Below, piece by piece: positions 1 to 13,400 of a stretch of 64,000 bases of DNA; within the stretch, counting starts at the first letter, position 1, and every line of letters starts with the position of its first letter. The stretch lies in assembly GCA_030141605.1 (NCBI GenBank), contig JAQGDQ010000009.1, positions 1,508,606 to 1,572,605 on the forward strand, read 5' to 3'. A program made the translations under genes and the position numbers. The stretch comes from Tubiluchus corallicola. Taxonomy: Eukaryota > Animalia > Priapulida. The notes under the pieces are model-generated. The model saw only the letters and a program-made list of their open reading frames with translations, ran no database searches and had not been told where the DNA came from.

Positions 1-55
1 AAACTAATGTCAACTTTGCCATATTTATTTTTGTTTGAAATTAAATTGTTTTTAG

Positions 56-3000
56 GCACAAGTAATAGAGCCGAGTGTGCCGGAACCATCTCTCATTTTT
101 GGAGAAGACAATTCTCCAAAGACAATTGAAGAAAATTCTAAAAATCTAGGCACTGCGCGAATGATGACTTATGTTTCACAGACTGAGTTGCTAAATAATA
201 AAAAGTCTACCAAATCGACTGCTTCAAGATCTAATGAGAGTATGGAAAAGAAACGAAGGAGAAATGCAGCAATGGAAAGTTTGTTGACGAAAAACTCAGC
301 TGATCAGAACTCGGCTTCTGTAAAGCATAGAAGTAGTTCTCTGAGTAAGTTACAAAACACCAAGTCATCACGTGTCGAAGCTGATCAAACTTTGACTATG
401 CATAAGCAAACTAGACTGTCAAATAACCAAAGTAAAACAGTATTAAGGAAACCCAGCCAGAGTGCCTCAACAAGTCAGGCAGAAACTTCTAGTAAACATG
501 TCGCAGGAATCTTGAAGAATTCTCATAACCATAAAAGAATGAGTAAAACCTCGAGTGCATCTGATCTACAAAAGCAAAAGGATGTTGACTCATCTGCATT
601 GGAGCCTTGCAATGGTCTACAACAGAAAAGTTCTGACAAAAGACTTTCTGATGCAAGTTCTCAACGTAAACACCGGGTATCGTTTCGTTCATCAACTAAA
701 CTCAGAGAAGGACTTTCACTGAATACGGTAAAAAAAGTCAAAGATAACATTATGACATCAACTCCTCAGAGTGATAACACATCAAAAATGAGAGATGTTG
801 ATCTTAGTGACGTAGAACTTGATGGTCATCATATCTGCAGACGCCAACGTACTCCATGTCAATGCACACACGAGCACACCGAGAAAAACTGCTCAAGTAA
901 GTTCTTTGAGGATGTGTCGACCGAGCCTAGCCAGCAGGATAATCACGATCGTACAAGTGTACATGAAAAGCCAGATAAGAATGATGTAGCGGAGGAGATA
1001 ACCACATCACACAATCTTCGGGAACTTCTTCGTAAGCAGGAAGAACAACTGCAGGCTTTGCAGTTGCAGGTTAAACTGCTGCAGCAGTCGCAGAAGTCAT
1101 CTACTTCGTCCAGTGCGTTAACACCGCCCACAACACCAGATATGGTAACGACCACCTCCCAAACACAGTCGTCCAACTTACTGAGTGATGTTGAAAAAAG
1201 CACTACTGTGGAAAAACCATCATCATCATCTATTTCAACAATGACTAGCCTTATATGGCCTCCCCCATGTCCCACCTGCCTAGGAGGTCTTGAAACATGT
1301 AAAACCAAAACTAGAAATGATGACAATACAGCGCCAGTTGGTAATAAGTCAAAATTAGAATCGGCAGCTTGTGGAAAACTTCAACAAATAGGACTAACAT
1401 GTTCATCCTCTGCTAAAGATGTTTCCAATGATGTCAGAAATGACGCTATTGTTAGAAAAGAAGAAAAAGTTGAAAAGAAAGGAAGTAGGCGTATGCCTGA
1501 GAATCTAATTAAGACTACATTAGAAGCTGTTAACAGATTAACAACAGAAGAGAGATTCAACAGTATGGAGACATCGCTTCATGTGGATGTGCAGAGCTTT
1601 GTGGACTCTTCTTGGTAATCTTACAAAGTTTCTTCAGTTTTTTTCTCTACTTTCTACTGAATTTCATAAATATAATTACATATAAGAGCGAATGGTTATA
1701 GTGTGTACTTTGCAACCAAGGTAAAACAGTGCCAAGGCAGGTCAGAGAATGGATGGGTAATCACCTTGTTAATATTCATTCTGGGTGTTTTTACTCGCCA
1801 TACTGACTGCCTATTTATATCTTTTAAACATGTTCACTGGTTCAGTGTCTCATCTTAGATGGTTAGTTTTGGTAATAAGCTAAACTCTGATCTATGGAGT
1901 GAGATGTGCTATTTAGTGGTTTTTTGCTGGATCTCAAACTATATGAAAATTAATATCAAATATATCAGCAAACAGTTTATATTAGGAAGCAGGTTTGTGA
2001 TCCGAGTTAAACAGAAAACTTGCATTACTGTTTAGGTGTATCAAAATGTACGTTTCCATTGTAATTATAATTCTGTTTAGCTGTTTGTAAAATGTAACGG
2101 AAAAACCACAATTAACTTATTCTTAAAGGAATAGGTGTTTTTAGACCATCGCTTATATTGATTTGTCTAAAATGTACAATTTATTATCTATAATCATTAC
2201 CAAAGTGGTTCTTTAACTTAAATAATGGTTTAGAAATTAAATAATAGTCTGCACGGACATAGTTAGTGATGGACATATGATTGGGAACATGAAGATTGCC
2301 ATACGTGCTGCTGTCTTGCAGTGATGTTGAGATACAAAAACTTTTAAAGTGTCAAGTTTATTACTGGGCTAAAGTATGATTTAGTAAGGGGGTTTCTATA
2401 GACACGATTTGTGTGAGTGGTCTTCCATCGACAAGGAAGTAATATTGAAGGACGGGCATTCTTGAAAAACAATATTGTTCTGTTAGTTATTTTAGACCAT
2501 AAACCACACTTTGACTTATGACCTAAGACTGGGTAAAGTTTCCTTTAAATAGGATGCATTTGCATTTAAAGTGGTTGAATTCTTGTGTAGTTCGAGACAC
2601 TAAAGTTAGCCTGTGTTGTTACACTGTAGTGCGACTCACACATTAATATTTTCCTTTATTTAAGATTTTGAGCTATTGTCACCAGCCAAAAGATTTGGTG
2701 CTTTTGCAAGCTGTCCACATCACAATTAATAGGTGATGTCAGTCATTTTTTGTGAAATGCAATTTAATAACCCCTGTGTCTCTATTAATTATTAGCACGA
2801 CAAGAAGTGGTTCGGAAATTACCAGCCCTATACTGGGAGAGAGTGCCAGTATGCGTGCAGATCAGCTTGCTGAAAGTCCTAACTCTGACAATGGTGGCAA
2901 TGAAGATGTATTTGTTAATACGAATCATCCACACTTCTATCGTAATATCATGGTGAGAAAATGATCAGTTGGGCACAGAATATTTTCACTTTTGTTTTCA

Positions 3001-4636
3001 TTGTTCATAAATACATTAGAACAAACAGTTTACTTGATAATACTTTTGTAATTGTAATAAATGTGGCACATGTAATAGTATTTAAGACAAAAGTGTAACA
3101 GTCAAAAATATAATTGCAGCAGGTTGTTGCACAATTTAACCTGGTCACTCTTTCAATGTGCCCATAGTAGGTTGCTCCTAGATGGAGTCCATTTGGTAAT
3201 GACTGTTACATATTACTGATTAAATAATAAGAATATTGCAGACTTACAAAAACATTAACTTTTGAACAAGAGGAATTGTAAATTTGTAGTATATTTGATA
3301 ATGTACGTTTAAATTACTTTCAATCGTTTGGCTTTTTCTTTTTTAGGACAAAATCCATAAATTTTTAACTCCAAAGAATGTGGAGGCAGATGAAACGAAA
3401 CAGCAACAAGCATCTCTTCCAGTACTTACTCCTCAACAAGCTAACGAACAATTTCATACAAGAACCCAGTCTGAACCATCACTCAGTAACATTGCTTGTG
3501 ACGAGGCTAACAATAAATCGTATGTTTGTTTTACTTTACAATCAGTGTAAATTGAATTCTTAATACTGACATGAACAAAAACTGTGATGCAGTTTCATTT
3601 TATAACTGCGTCACAAATCACTTGCAATCGTTAACATTGTATCATTAAGTGTAGTTATGCATTCATCCGTTTAAATGGATCTATATGTGCATTACTGAAG
3701 AACAAATAACAGGTAACTGGAGTACTTGTGCCCATCACTTGTGTAGTAGTGCAAATTGTTGAACACTATTTTTGTTGTTGAGCAGTTGTCGTAATGGAGA
3801 TGCCTAGAATGTTCTTAGGTAGAGTTATTACAAGACTAATAGAAATCACTATTCTGTATTACTTTCTCTCATCGATTATAATGCCCATTTCATTACATCA
3901 TATACAAAAACTAGAAATTTGTAAGTTGATAATTCTGTGGCCATAATTTGTGTATCCTTATTTTTCTTAGAAGTGACTCACATACGGAATACATTGTGCC
4001 ACCAAGGCTCCAGTATGTATCATTGATGCAAGACATATCCAATACTGATACCAGTACACAAATTAATACCTTAGCTGCTAAGTACCTAGGAGGTAAGAAT
4101 GTCACACCACAGCGAAGCACAGGCACGCTACTCAGAAAAGCTCTAACAGAGGGTGCTACATGCAGTTATGGTAATTGTTTAAATACAGTTTTTATTTGGC
4201 ACGGGTCTCACTTGTGCATTGTGACTAAATAGTGTAAGAGTAAACCAGACCCTATGAACTACAACTGGAAGTAAAAACGAGTAACAATAAAATCTGTCAC
4301 ATTGATTTCACCTAAGAAAAGATGTTGCAGAAAAATAAGTTTATTAAAAATTTATATTGCATTCTTGCAGGTTCTTCTGACATAACATTGTATGGAATGA
4401 GCAGCAAAGACCTGTCATTAGCAACAAACAGATACATGATCAAGCACGGTCTTATTCCAAATCCTATTAAATCAGCAGATAAAATAGAAGACACAAACAC
4501 CCACCTAGTACAAACACAAGCGATTCATTCCAAAATGACACCATTATCTGCTATGCCTCCTAAACTGCAGAAAGGCAAGGACACAGTGCAAATATTGGAC
4601 ATCAGTAAATTAAAAGAAATGCCAAAACTTCTATAG
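56..4636 (+). CDS. STIL: STIL / SAS-5 / Ana2 family centriole assembly protein, 5'-truncated by the window edge (last 5 coding exons)
   Basis: Phase-consistent GT-AG exons 56-1614, 2796-2952, 3347-3519, 3971-4170, 4371-4636 (TAG). STIL-like motifs: IEPSVPEPSLIF, coiled coil LRELLRKQEEQLQALQLQVKLLQ, STMTSLIW, SPILGESASM, FYRNIMDKIHKFL, STAN-like PRLQYVSLM..INTLAAKYL and LSLATNRYMIKHGLI, and C-terminal TIM-like ILDISKLKEMPKLL. Confidence 0.9.
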
Positions 4637-5127
4637 AGAGTGAGGTAATAGTTTCTTTTGTTCTCGTGACTGATAGGCTCCGAGTTTTTGTGAATTGAAG
4701 TAAATTATTGCTGTTCCATTTATTATGTAGCAGGTATAATTAATTTTTTATTTGACAAAGACAATAAATAGTGGAGATTCCTGAAATTAACTCATGAAAT
4801 TTGTAAATAATGTGCTGTTACTTATGTGTACACTGAACAATAAATTTAATTTATTTTGTGTGATAATAAACTTCTTGTTTTTATCAATTTTTTTGGTTAT
4901 GTTGTGTTGTAGTTCAAGGTATCTGGTAAGTGTCATTGAAGTAGTGAAACTGAAATGGGCTTGTTTGTAAATGTGCAACATAATTTCTCCGCATTTATAG
5001 ACCAGCAGTTCATAACAATGAAAGCTCAGATCCCACAGAAAAAAGTGAAACTGTCAATAGATTGTTGATATGATGAATGAACATATCTCATGTTTCAACT
5101 TGTAAAACAAAACACTTTATTCTTTTT

Positions 5128-8100
5128 TTAAGACTTATCGTTTTGCACACTGCCTGCATTATCACCAGTGTTCTTATCATCTATTCTTGCAGTAAGACTG
5201 TTATTATCTACATCACTGCTATTTGCTACTGCAAATATGCAGTCAATGGCACCAAGTAATTCTGGGATTCTTTCCATGAACTCTTCTTCTGCTGTAACAG
5301 CCTTCTGTAACCGCTGGAATAGCCCACGAACTTCTGGGTCCTCACACATGGTTAACCGAGAAACATCTAACAGCGCACTTGTGACATCAATTATGGTTGG
5401 CATAAATGCTGGGTTTGTAATGTGCTTTATCAAGAAGTTTATTAGAGGTTTAAGAGAAGCGAAATCTCTACCTGCTAATGCTTGTCTAATTCCGTCACGT
5501 CGTATCAATTCCTGCATTACTGAAACAGCCACTTCAGGTTTTTTCTCAAACTGGTAACTTGAAAGCACCGAGTCTAATGCTTTTGTCGATTCAAACCTTT
5601 TCATGTGTTTGTCATGCTTGTACAGCACATTCTTGAACTGGTATTTAACAACAGACTCCTCATTGTAATTTGGCAAATGTGCATTGGCTCTTGATATGTT
5701 CTGGTAAGACCTTTTCTTCGCTAACTTCCTTTTTCGCTGTTGCTCTACAACGTTAGTTGGAGTACGTCTGTGCTGAATTGAAACGAGGCCATCGGCTAAT
5801 CCAACGGCCATTGTTTTGTCATCTGCTGATATTCCCATGCTTAATACTGCTGTCGAATAGTTAAGCGTGTGCACAACTTTGTAGTTGGAGATGTCGTATA
5901 TCTTTACAAGCCTGGAACAAGACACATACTTTAATAAATCACATGCCCTTGGGCAAGTCAACAGCTAGCAGCTAAGGATGGACTCAATTTTCAGCTGTGA
6001 ATACAGTTTTGTTAGCCTCCATTTTGATTTAGAAATTATACCAACAAAAATCACTCAGAAGTTCAGTTAAATATTAACTGAACTTACTGTTACATACCTT
6101 AAAAAAATCAATGCCAGATCAGTGCTCAATGCTCAACACTTGTACTTCAACAAAGCGTGCATATGTGTTAATCACTTCAAATGCCAAACACAAGCAGCAA
6201 AAACATAGAATGACACCGAAATTTGAAAGCTGGGGATCTGAATTTAACCTGGCGGCTCATAAAATGGCTTTCCTTTCAAAACACTAACTAAACGGAAAAA
6301 TTATATAACAAATACTTACACAAAAATGGTGACTGCAAAAGTTTTAGCCATTAGACCTACATGAGAAGAATGAGAGTATGAAATGTATTGATGAAGTACT
6401 ATACCTGTCCAGTGATCCTGTCAAAAGACGCTGCTGATTACTAGCTAAACACATGCATGTGACAGTTTTGTGATGATTCACTAATTTGACCAACAGTTTC
6501 TTATTAAATGCATCCCATACATGGACTGAATTACCACCAGCTGACAGAAATACGCTGCCAGTCGGAAAAAATAAAACACTTTCAACTGGCATGCCATGAT
6601 CGACTGTCATAATACATTCTCTAGTCCGAGTATCATACATCTTGACTTTATGGTCATAACTTCCAGACAGGATAACATCGGGGCTCATCTGGCACACGGC
6701 ACCAGCTCTTATATAATCATCATGCCCAGTCAATCTTACTACTTCTTTCTCGGTTGGAATGTCATAGCAACGAACTGTTTTATCATCAGAGAATGATGCC
6801 ACTTGCGTACTCAATGGTACGAACTTCACAACACGAACAGAATCTGTGTGGCCCTTAAAAACTCGTAAAAGAGATTTAACATTGGCGACGTCAAATAACT
6901 TTACCACGCCTTCAGCACCACCTGCAGCTAAAATTTTACCATCGACTCGATAACATCCACCGTAGGCTGTATCTTTGAACCGGGTAACAGTGTGCAAAAC
7001 ATTGTTACTAGAAGAACTGTAGATAGAAACCTGAAATAAGATTACAGTCAAAATAAGTTATTCAACTCATTTTAAATACAGCATTTATAGAATTAAACAA
7101 TGAATACTGATTACTTCATAGCTGTTGCATTTCATTAAATGTGTGCCACTTTAACTGAATTAGTGAATTTACCATGAATTATATACGCATATACATTACT
7201 GATATATGCCATGCGCTGCTGAACAATAATGTTTAACAGATTAGCAGACTCTCTAATGACACACCAATCGACCCATATTTGCACTTTTAAAGAAACCCAT
7301 CAAAAGAGATAATTTTTGTAATATTATGCAAACAGAAAAAAGAAAAAAATCACATCTAAGCACGTGGTCCTGTACACTAAACCATTTTTTACATACAGAA
7401 ACAAAAGCCTAACTTGAGCATAGCTCATACTTTACCTGTGCTTACGAATACTAAAGATTAAGTTATGACAAGTTACTTGTATAATGTTTGTCCAGATCGT
7501 AAAAAAATCATATTACATGTTACAGGTTCAAAATGAAGTTGAACTTATGAAGTCACATATGTTTTTTATACACTTCGGCACACAGCATGCTGGAAAACAC
7601 TCGAAGGCTGGGCCTACTCAAATAGATGTTTGCGACATGAACAAATCCTGACTGATTATCAAGGATATACCTCTAAGATGAATCACTGATTTTGCAAAAG
7701 CAGCATGAAATGTGGGAACTCCACCACTAGACGACAGACCATGTCACGCTGAGCTTTATTTGGACATTTTCACTGCCAAGTTTTGCTTCTCACATGTTGT
7801 TTATGAAATACAGTGAGATATCAATATACTCTTCATGGAAATCTGATTAACGAATGAAGTTGATAGACTCAATCAAGTACCTCGGTGGCAATACCTCTCA
7901 CAATTGCAGATGGACTAATTATGCACACCGGAACTTCTTCAGCTAATTCCAGTTCAGGCTTTGTATGATAAAATATTAACATTAAAAACATATAGATTAA
8001 AGAATGCACATACACAAGTCTTGTGCACCTGAAGATCTGTATATTGTCAGTTTGGTTACAAAGTTGGAGTAAGCTTAGAGAAGAGCTACAAGGTTTACCT

Positions 8101-8954
8101 AGAACCAGTTATAGGAAAGTATCGAGTGTGACTGCTATGACTAACCTGAACTGGTGTCCACTAGCTGAGCAATGCAAGATGCAACAACCTGGTAGCTGTC
8201 GACATCCTTTCCACCTATTTCTTCACATGAAGAATGTAACAATATTCCACTTGAAATTATATATTCCATTCATTATCCCACATACTGTGAGTGGAACCAC
8301 TTACCCAAGCCAAGGGTCCAGCGTTGTAGTACCGACTTGTTTAAGAATGGTATACACTCCATCTAAACTGGACTAAGCTGCTCCACTACGTTTAACGCGG
8401 TGTATGGTGTAGCGCTCCTACCCTGAGTCGCCTGGGGATTTTCTTTTATCACTGCACCAGTGGATAAAATTTTTGCGCTGGCATGGCATTCGCAAGGCTG
8501 AAAGCCATGTGTTACAGCCTTCAATTTAATATGTGTTGACATATTACCACTAACATTAATGTATATTTAGTTAAATTTATAGGGGTGACTAGACTAGAAG
8601 ATCGTATGGTTTGTTCTACTCCGCCTCTATAATTATTTATTAAACTATACGTATATGATAATAAAAGTATATGGTAATATTATTAACGTGAAAGGGGCAA
8701 ATCAATAGAATTGCATTGACGTGAATATCGAGTTCATGTTACATTATTAAGAAAAAGTATTGACCTACCTTCAAAGAATTCGTTACGGCAAAATTGTAAG
8801 GCTGAATTGGAGAAAAATTTACGCATGATATCGCTCCGGATTCCTTTGCGTATATTGGTACGTCAAACGCTTTCCAATATAATTTTTCTGGTGTGAGGTC
8901 TTCAAAGGCTTTACTAGACTTTGAAATATAAGTTGGTTTATAGGAAGCGGCCAT
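5128..8954 (-). CDS. UTP15: U3 snoRNA-associated protein 15 (WD40 repeats plus UTP15 C-terminal domain), ~531 aa
   Basis: Minus-strand exons 8954-8769, 7030-6405, 5911-5128, phases consistent. Start MAASYKPT..LTPEKLYWK; WD40 motifs GHTDSVRV, GHDDYIRAG, SGSYDHKVKMYD, HHKTVTC, TGSLDR; C-terminal VSVMQELIRRDGIRQALAGRD. Confidence 0.95.
7860..8220 (+). mobile_element. Decayed non-LTR retrotransposon (LINE ORF2 C-terminal remnant) in UTP15 intron 1
   Basis: Degenerate translations KYLGGNTSHNCRW (cf. KYLGVxIxxDLxW) and LE*A*RRATRF..SSVTAMTNLNWCPLAE (cf. LExVQRRAARFV..SSVTxMLxxLxWxxL), with stops and frameshifts. Confidence 0.6.
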
Positions 8955-10405
8955 GTTTGCAACTGTGCAACAGACTGAACTAAACGAGCAGCCTAAACAA
9001 AGGATAGAGATAGAAACACTTTTTCTAAACTTTGGCCTAAAAAGGAATTTGGTTTCATTTTGTTTTCTTTCCGGTGATATTCTAACCGAAAACAATAGCA
9101 GGGAAGTGAAAAATAGCAATAGTTTTAAATGTAGTGATAAAAACTGATCATAGCATACCGCTGTCACATAACTGACAGAAACATACCATAACAAAATGAA
9201 ATAAATAATATTAATATTGTGAATTAAAGAGGTGATTTAAGGGATGGCCACTCGCCAGAACACCCACAGAAGATTTGCTATGCTAGCTTGCTAGAACCAG
9301 AAAAAGAATTATTCTTACTTACGTATATAATAAAATTGATTTCCCTGGTAGAATTTGAGGTCTTGTTACTGGTGTAGCGCATTGTCTTTTCAATTGTAAT
9401 GCCAAGAGACGGACATGTGGAAAGCCTGCATATCTGATCCACAGTATGTTTCTCATGAGCTGTTTTTGCCATAATCGAATGCAATTATTGTACATACAAC
9501 GTGGCATTCGTTGTTGCCTTCGTTTTTTTTGTAAGAGTCTAGCGATTTCTCTCTGCGCATACATGGCATTTAAACCTTTGTTGTAGTTGAACTTTTTACC
9601 CTGGAATACAAAAGCAACGAGTAATAGCACAGGAGAATTTGTTACATCAAAGTATTGCTGCATCATCAGAGAATTTATCACGCTCTCAGTACATGGTTTG
9701 TAATTTTATATCAGATCTATTGAGCCAGACTTGGCAGCCTGCAATATTAGAGAGTATTTATTGGAGATTCAAACAGATGCAGGGTTGAACTTAACATTTT
9801 CCAAAACACCTTGCAGGTTTTATAAACGTTGTGTCATCTTGAATTGCAGTTGTATTTTCAAACAAAACAATGGTGTATTCTTAACTGATGTTAACTTCTA
9901 TTCAGTCTATTGAACTTCTGTCAGGGTAGCTCCAGAAATTGTGTTATCAGAATTGAAGTTGAGAGTAATTTCCATGTTATACAGATCAGTTCAATCTGTT
10001 ATGTTATATCTCTTAAGAGTGTGCAAGGCATATGAGAAGCTTCCACAGAAAATATTAGGGGGCTTGAGGGCATAATAAAGTGTCTGCTCATTTGACAATA
10101 CTTTGACCTTTTAAATTATTGTGTTATTACTCGTTTCATTTGGCACCTTTTTGGCAAACTGTTACACTAGGTCAGAGCAGGTCCAGCATTACAAATTTCA
10201 ATACTGCCCAAACGCTGTAGAATGCTTATAATATTTTTTAAATTTTTATTTATTTATTTATTATTTTTGTTACTATTTTGATTAGACTTGATTCTTTTAG
10301 TCAATAAAGTGGATAAAATAAAATTGTTACGTTTTTCTGGTTCTGATCGTGATGCAGGTCGATTAATTTCGTCTTGACCCAAGAAACTGTACCTATTTTT
10401 ACAAT

Positions 10406-13400
10406 ATGTCTGCGCCCTTAGAGGACTTGGAAACAGTGATACACAATTTGAAAGACATACTGTCTCCAAGTGGGTTTGAAAGCTACCCGTTTAAGGTAAG
10501 TTATTTTGTCGCCTTCAGCTATTGAATTACTCTGAGTTTACCCTAAGTTTTATGGAAAAATATTTTGGTGCAAATTTTATCACTACTTTGTAACTATCTA
10601 CAAGTACAATAAGTCTTGTGAGATAAGGTTATAGATGTTACTGAAGTATGTTCAATCAAACAATCAATCAATTTATTTCACTCCAGCAATACATATACAG
10701 TACATCAACATACAATATTATTGAAACAAAAAGAAACAGTATAGGTAAAAAAAACGTTGATGAAGTCAAAATAACCAAATAAAAGAGTTGCTGTATGATA
10801 CCTTGAAAGCTCGGCTTGTTAAGGTGGCACAAATGAGTGAATGAAAGAATGGTTAGGGTTAGTAGACATGATGGAATGGGAAAAAATAGTAAGATTAGGG
10901 ATAGGAAGAAGGAAAAGAGGAGAAGAAACGACCACAGTGTATGTTTAATTTACATAGATATATATTAAAATAGCATTATAATTGATTGGAGGCCATATAT
11001 TGCGACTGCATGAGACATGGAACCATTAAAATTGTATTATAAGTATGAATCAAAAATGGTCCTTTTCAAGTACTTTTTGAAACTATAAATAGTTTTGTGT
11101 ATTTTTACTTTGGCACTTTTTTTATTCCAGTTATTGGGGGCTGTGAATGCCTGGCACTATTAGTACGACAGTAAGGGACATGATATTCGTTGAACCTTGT
11201 AAAGTAATGTTTAAGATTTGCTGTAATGGGATTTGCAAAGGAAGTGGGAAACAAGTTGTAGTATGTCTTGTACATATAAATAGACAAGTGATATATAACC
11301 AAGTCTTCGAGAATTATTATACCGCATTCATTAAATAAGGACATACCAACAATGGTACGTTTAGATAAATTGTTTAATATTCTTATAAACTTTCTTTGAT
11401 GCCTAGATAAGCTTATTAAGTTGGACGAATAAGATGTACCCCATATAATGCAGCAATATGTTAGGTATGGTAATACCAATGAATTATAAAGTGTTATAAG
11501 ATGAGATCTGTGTAATTTATTTTTAATAAAATTAATTATTCCCAGATTCTTAGCAATTTTTAAACTGATAGAATTGATATGTAGTTTCAGTCAAGATTTT
11601 CATTAATTACAACGCCTAAGAATTTTATATTTGGAACTCTTTCGATTGCCTGTCCTTCAATGAATAAGTTAATGTCATTCGGGAGCCTCTTATTTATAGA
11701 GTGAAATACAATGCATTTTGTTTTAGTTGGATTCAATGACAATTTGTTTGCTTTAAACCAATCAGCTATTAAAGGAAGTTTATTATTTATTTCAGGCACA
11801 GAGTAAGATTGTAAATCAAAAAATAATGTGGTGTCATCTGCACATTGAAATAGGTTATTGTTGGTTAAGACATGCGACAGTGCTACTGCATTTTACCCGC
11901 AGCAACTTAAGAACAAGTCCGGTCGCTACCGCTAACTGTGCATTATAGATGTTATTCATGGTTGTTATAGTACAAATGACTAATATCTATTAGAGGTTTT
12001 ATTTAACTTTAAGAGTTACATTAGTGGCATTATTAGAATTGAGCAAAACGCAGGCGTTCTGAATTTGAAGTTCTATTGGCATTGTTGGTGTATGCTAGAG
12101 TTCAGTGAAGTGTTTGACTGAGTTTGGCCCACTAAGTGGGTAATACTAATAGTAATGAAAATGATTTTCTTACAATGGCATTGTTATATAGCGTTTCTGT
12201 TTGCATTCAAGTGTGTGTAGGTGCAATATTATAACTTTTTACAAATTTCTTGTGAAGAATTTAATAGGTGAGAGACCAAAGGGAAAAACAAGTAACAGGC
12301 ATATTTAGCGTAGAAAAATGAGAAACAGCAGTGGAGCAGGTATTGTGACAAAACTGTAGGCATTCACGGACCAATAACTATACACTTCCTTTCACGTCAC
12401 GATACTTCAAGTCAGTTTCAACTTATAAGTTATTATTAACAAATCATTATTTTCATACTAAGATGTTTTACATGTGACTGATTACATATACCGTGACCAC
12501 AATCAGAGAAATCGGAGATAGTACTGAAAACCCTTTAAACAGAAAGTGCACCAAATAGAGGATATAAGATATCTGCAAATGTTGAGAAATGTTTCAAATA
12601 AATCTTGATGTCTGCAAGTTCAACGTCTTGCCGATCAGCAAATATCAAGCATCCAACTATTTCTTTAGGCCGGAAAAATCTAGAATTGGGTGGCAAAGTT
12701 TCCTCATGTTCATATTTCCTCTTTACTATTAATGTCAAGTTACAGAAGCATTGCCAAGAAATCATCATGCCTGCATTTAGAGCTCTGGTGGTTTGTCCAT
12801 GAGATACTTCATTCATGCACTTTCTACAAGTGGAAAATCGTAGTATGCAAAGCACTGATCACACCCAAACTGGATGTATCAACCAATGCTTTGCATCCAT
12901 CGTACACCATCATCAAGGGATAAGGCAGTTTTGGTGTCGAAAATCAATGTTACAACAAAATTATAATGTGCAAGTACATTAGTTTGGGTTAGCTAGTGCC
13001 TGAAACCACCAAATTACTTTTACAAATTCTGTTAACATATTTGCTTTTACCATATCCACCATATTACAGCATACAGTAAACAAATTTGAAAACAGAAGTC
13101 TATAATGTTGGATATGTCCATCATGTCATGTATGGAGGGGTATATCATTTAGAATTCAATAAAAATTGTTTGCGATACACGTTCAAGATATTTGATTATT
13201 GTTGCTTTTACAGGTTGGTCAATACAATGAATGTGTGGACGCGGTGTTTAAGCTGAACTACCATCCTGAAACATTGGCATTTGTAATCATCAGCACACCA
13301 CATATGTTTGAAAAAGCATTTAAAGAATTTATAACTAGACAGGAATGTGTTGGGGTTCGTGATCCAATTGATGAATGTGTTGCTTATCATTTCGACAAAA

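Noticed and set aside
943-1326. 127-aa minus-strand ORF and similar antisense ORFs (5168-5557, 22596-23428, 41390-41685)
   Set aside because: These are shadows on the opposite strand of real exons.
5912-8768. Intronic C/D snoRNA in UTP15
   Set aside because: No convincing RTGATGA...CTGA pair with a terminal stem was seen on the sense strand.
8955-9194. N-terminal extension of UTP15 implied by ORF 8739-9194
   Set aside because: It depends on a non-ATG start; homology begins at MAASYKP (8954).
12535-12923. Overlapping short ORFs in MMACHC intron 1
   Set aside because: No recognisable domain, and not needed for the in-phase MMACHC model.
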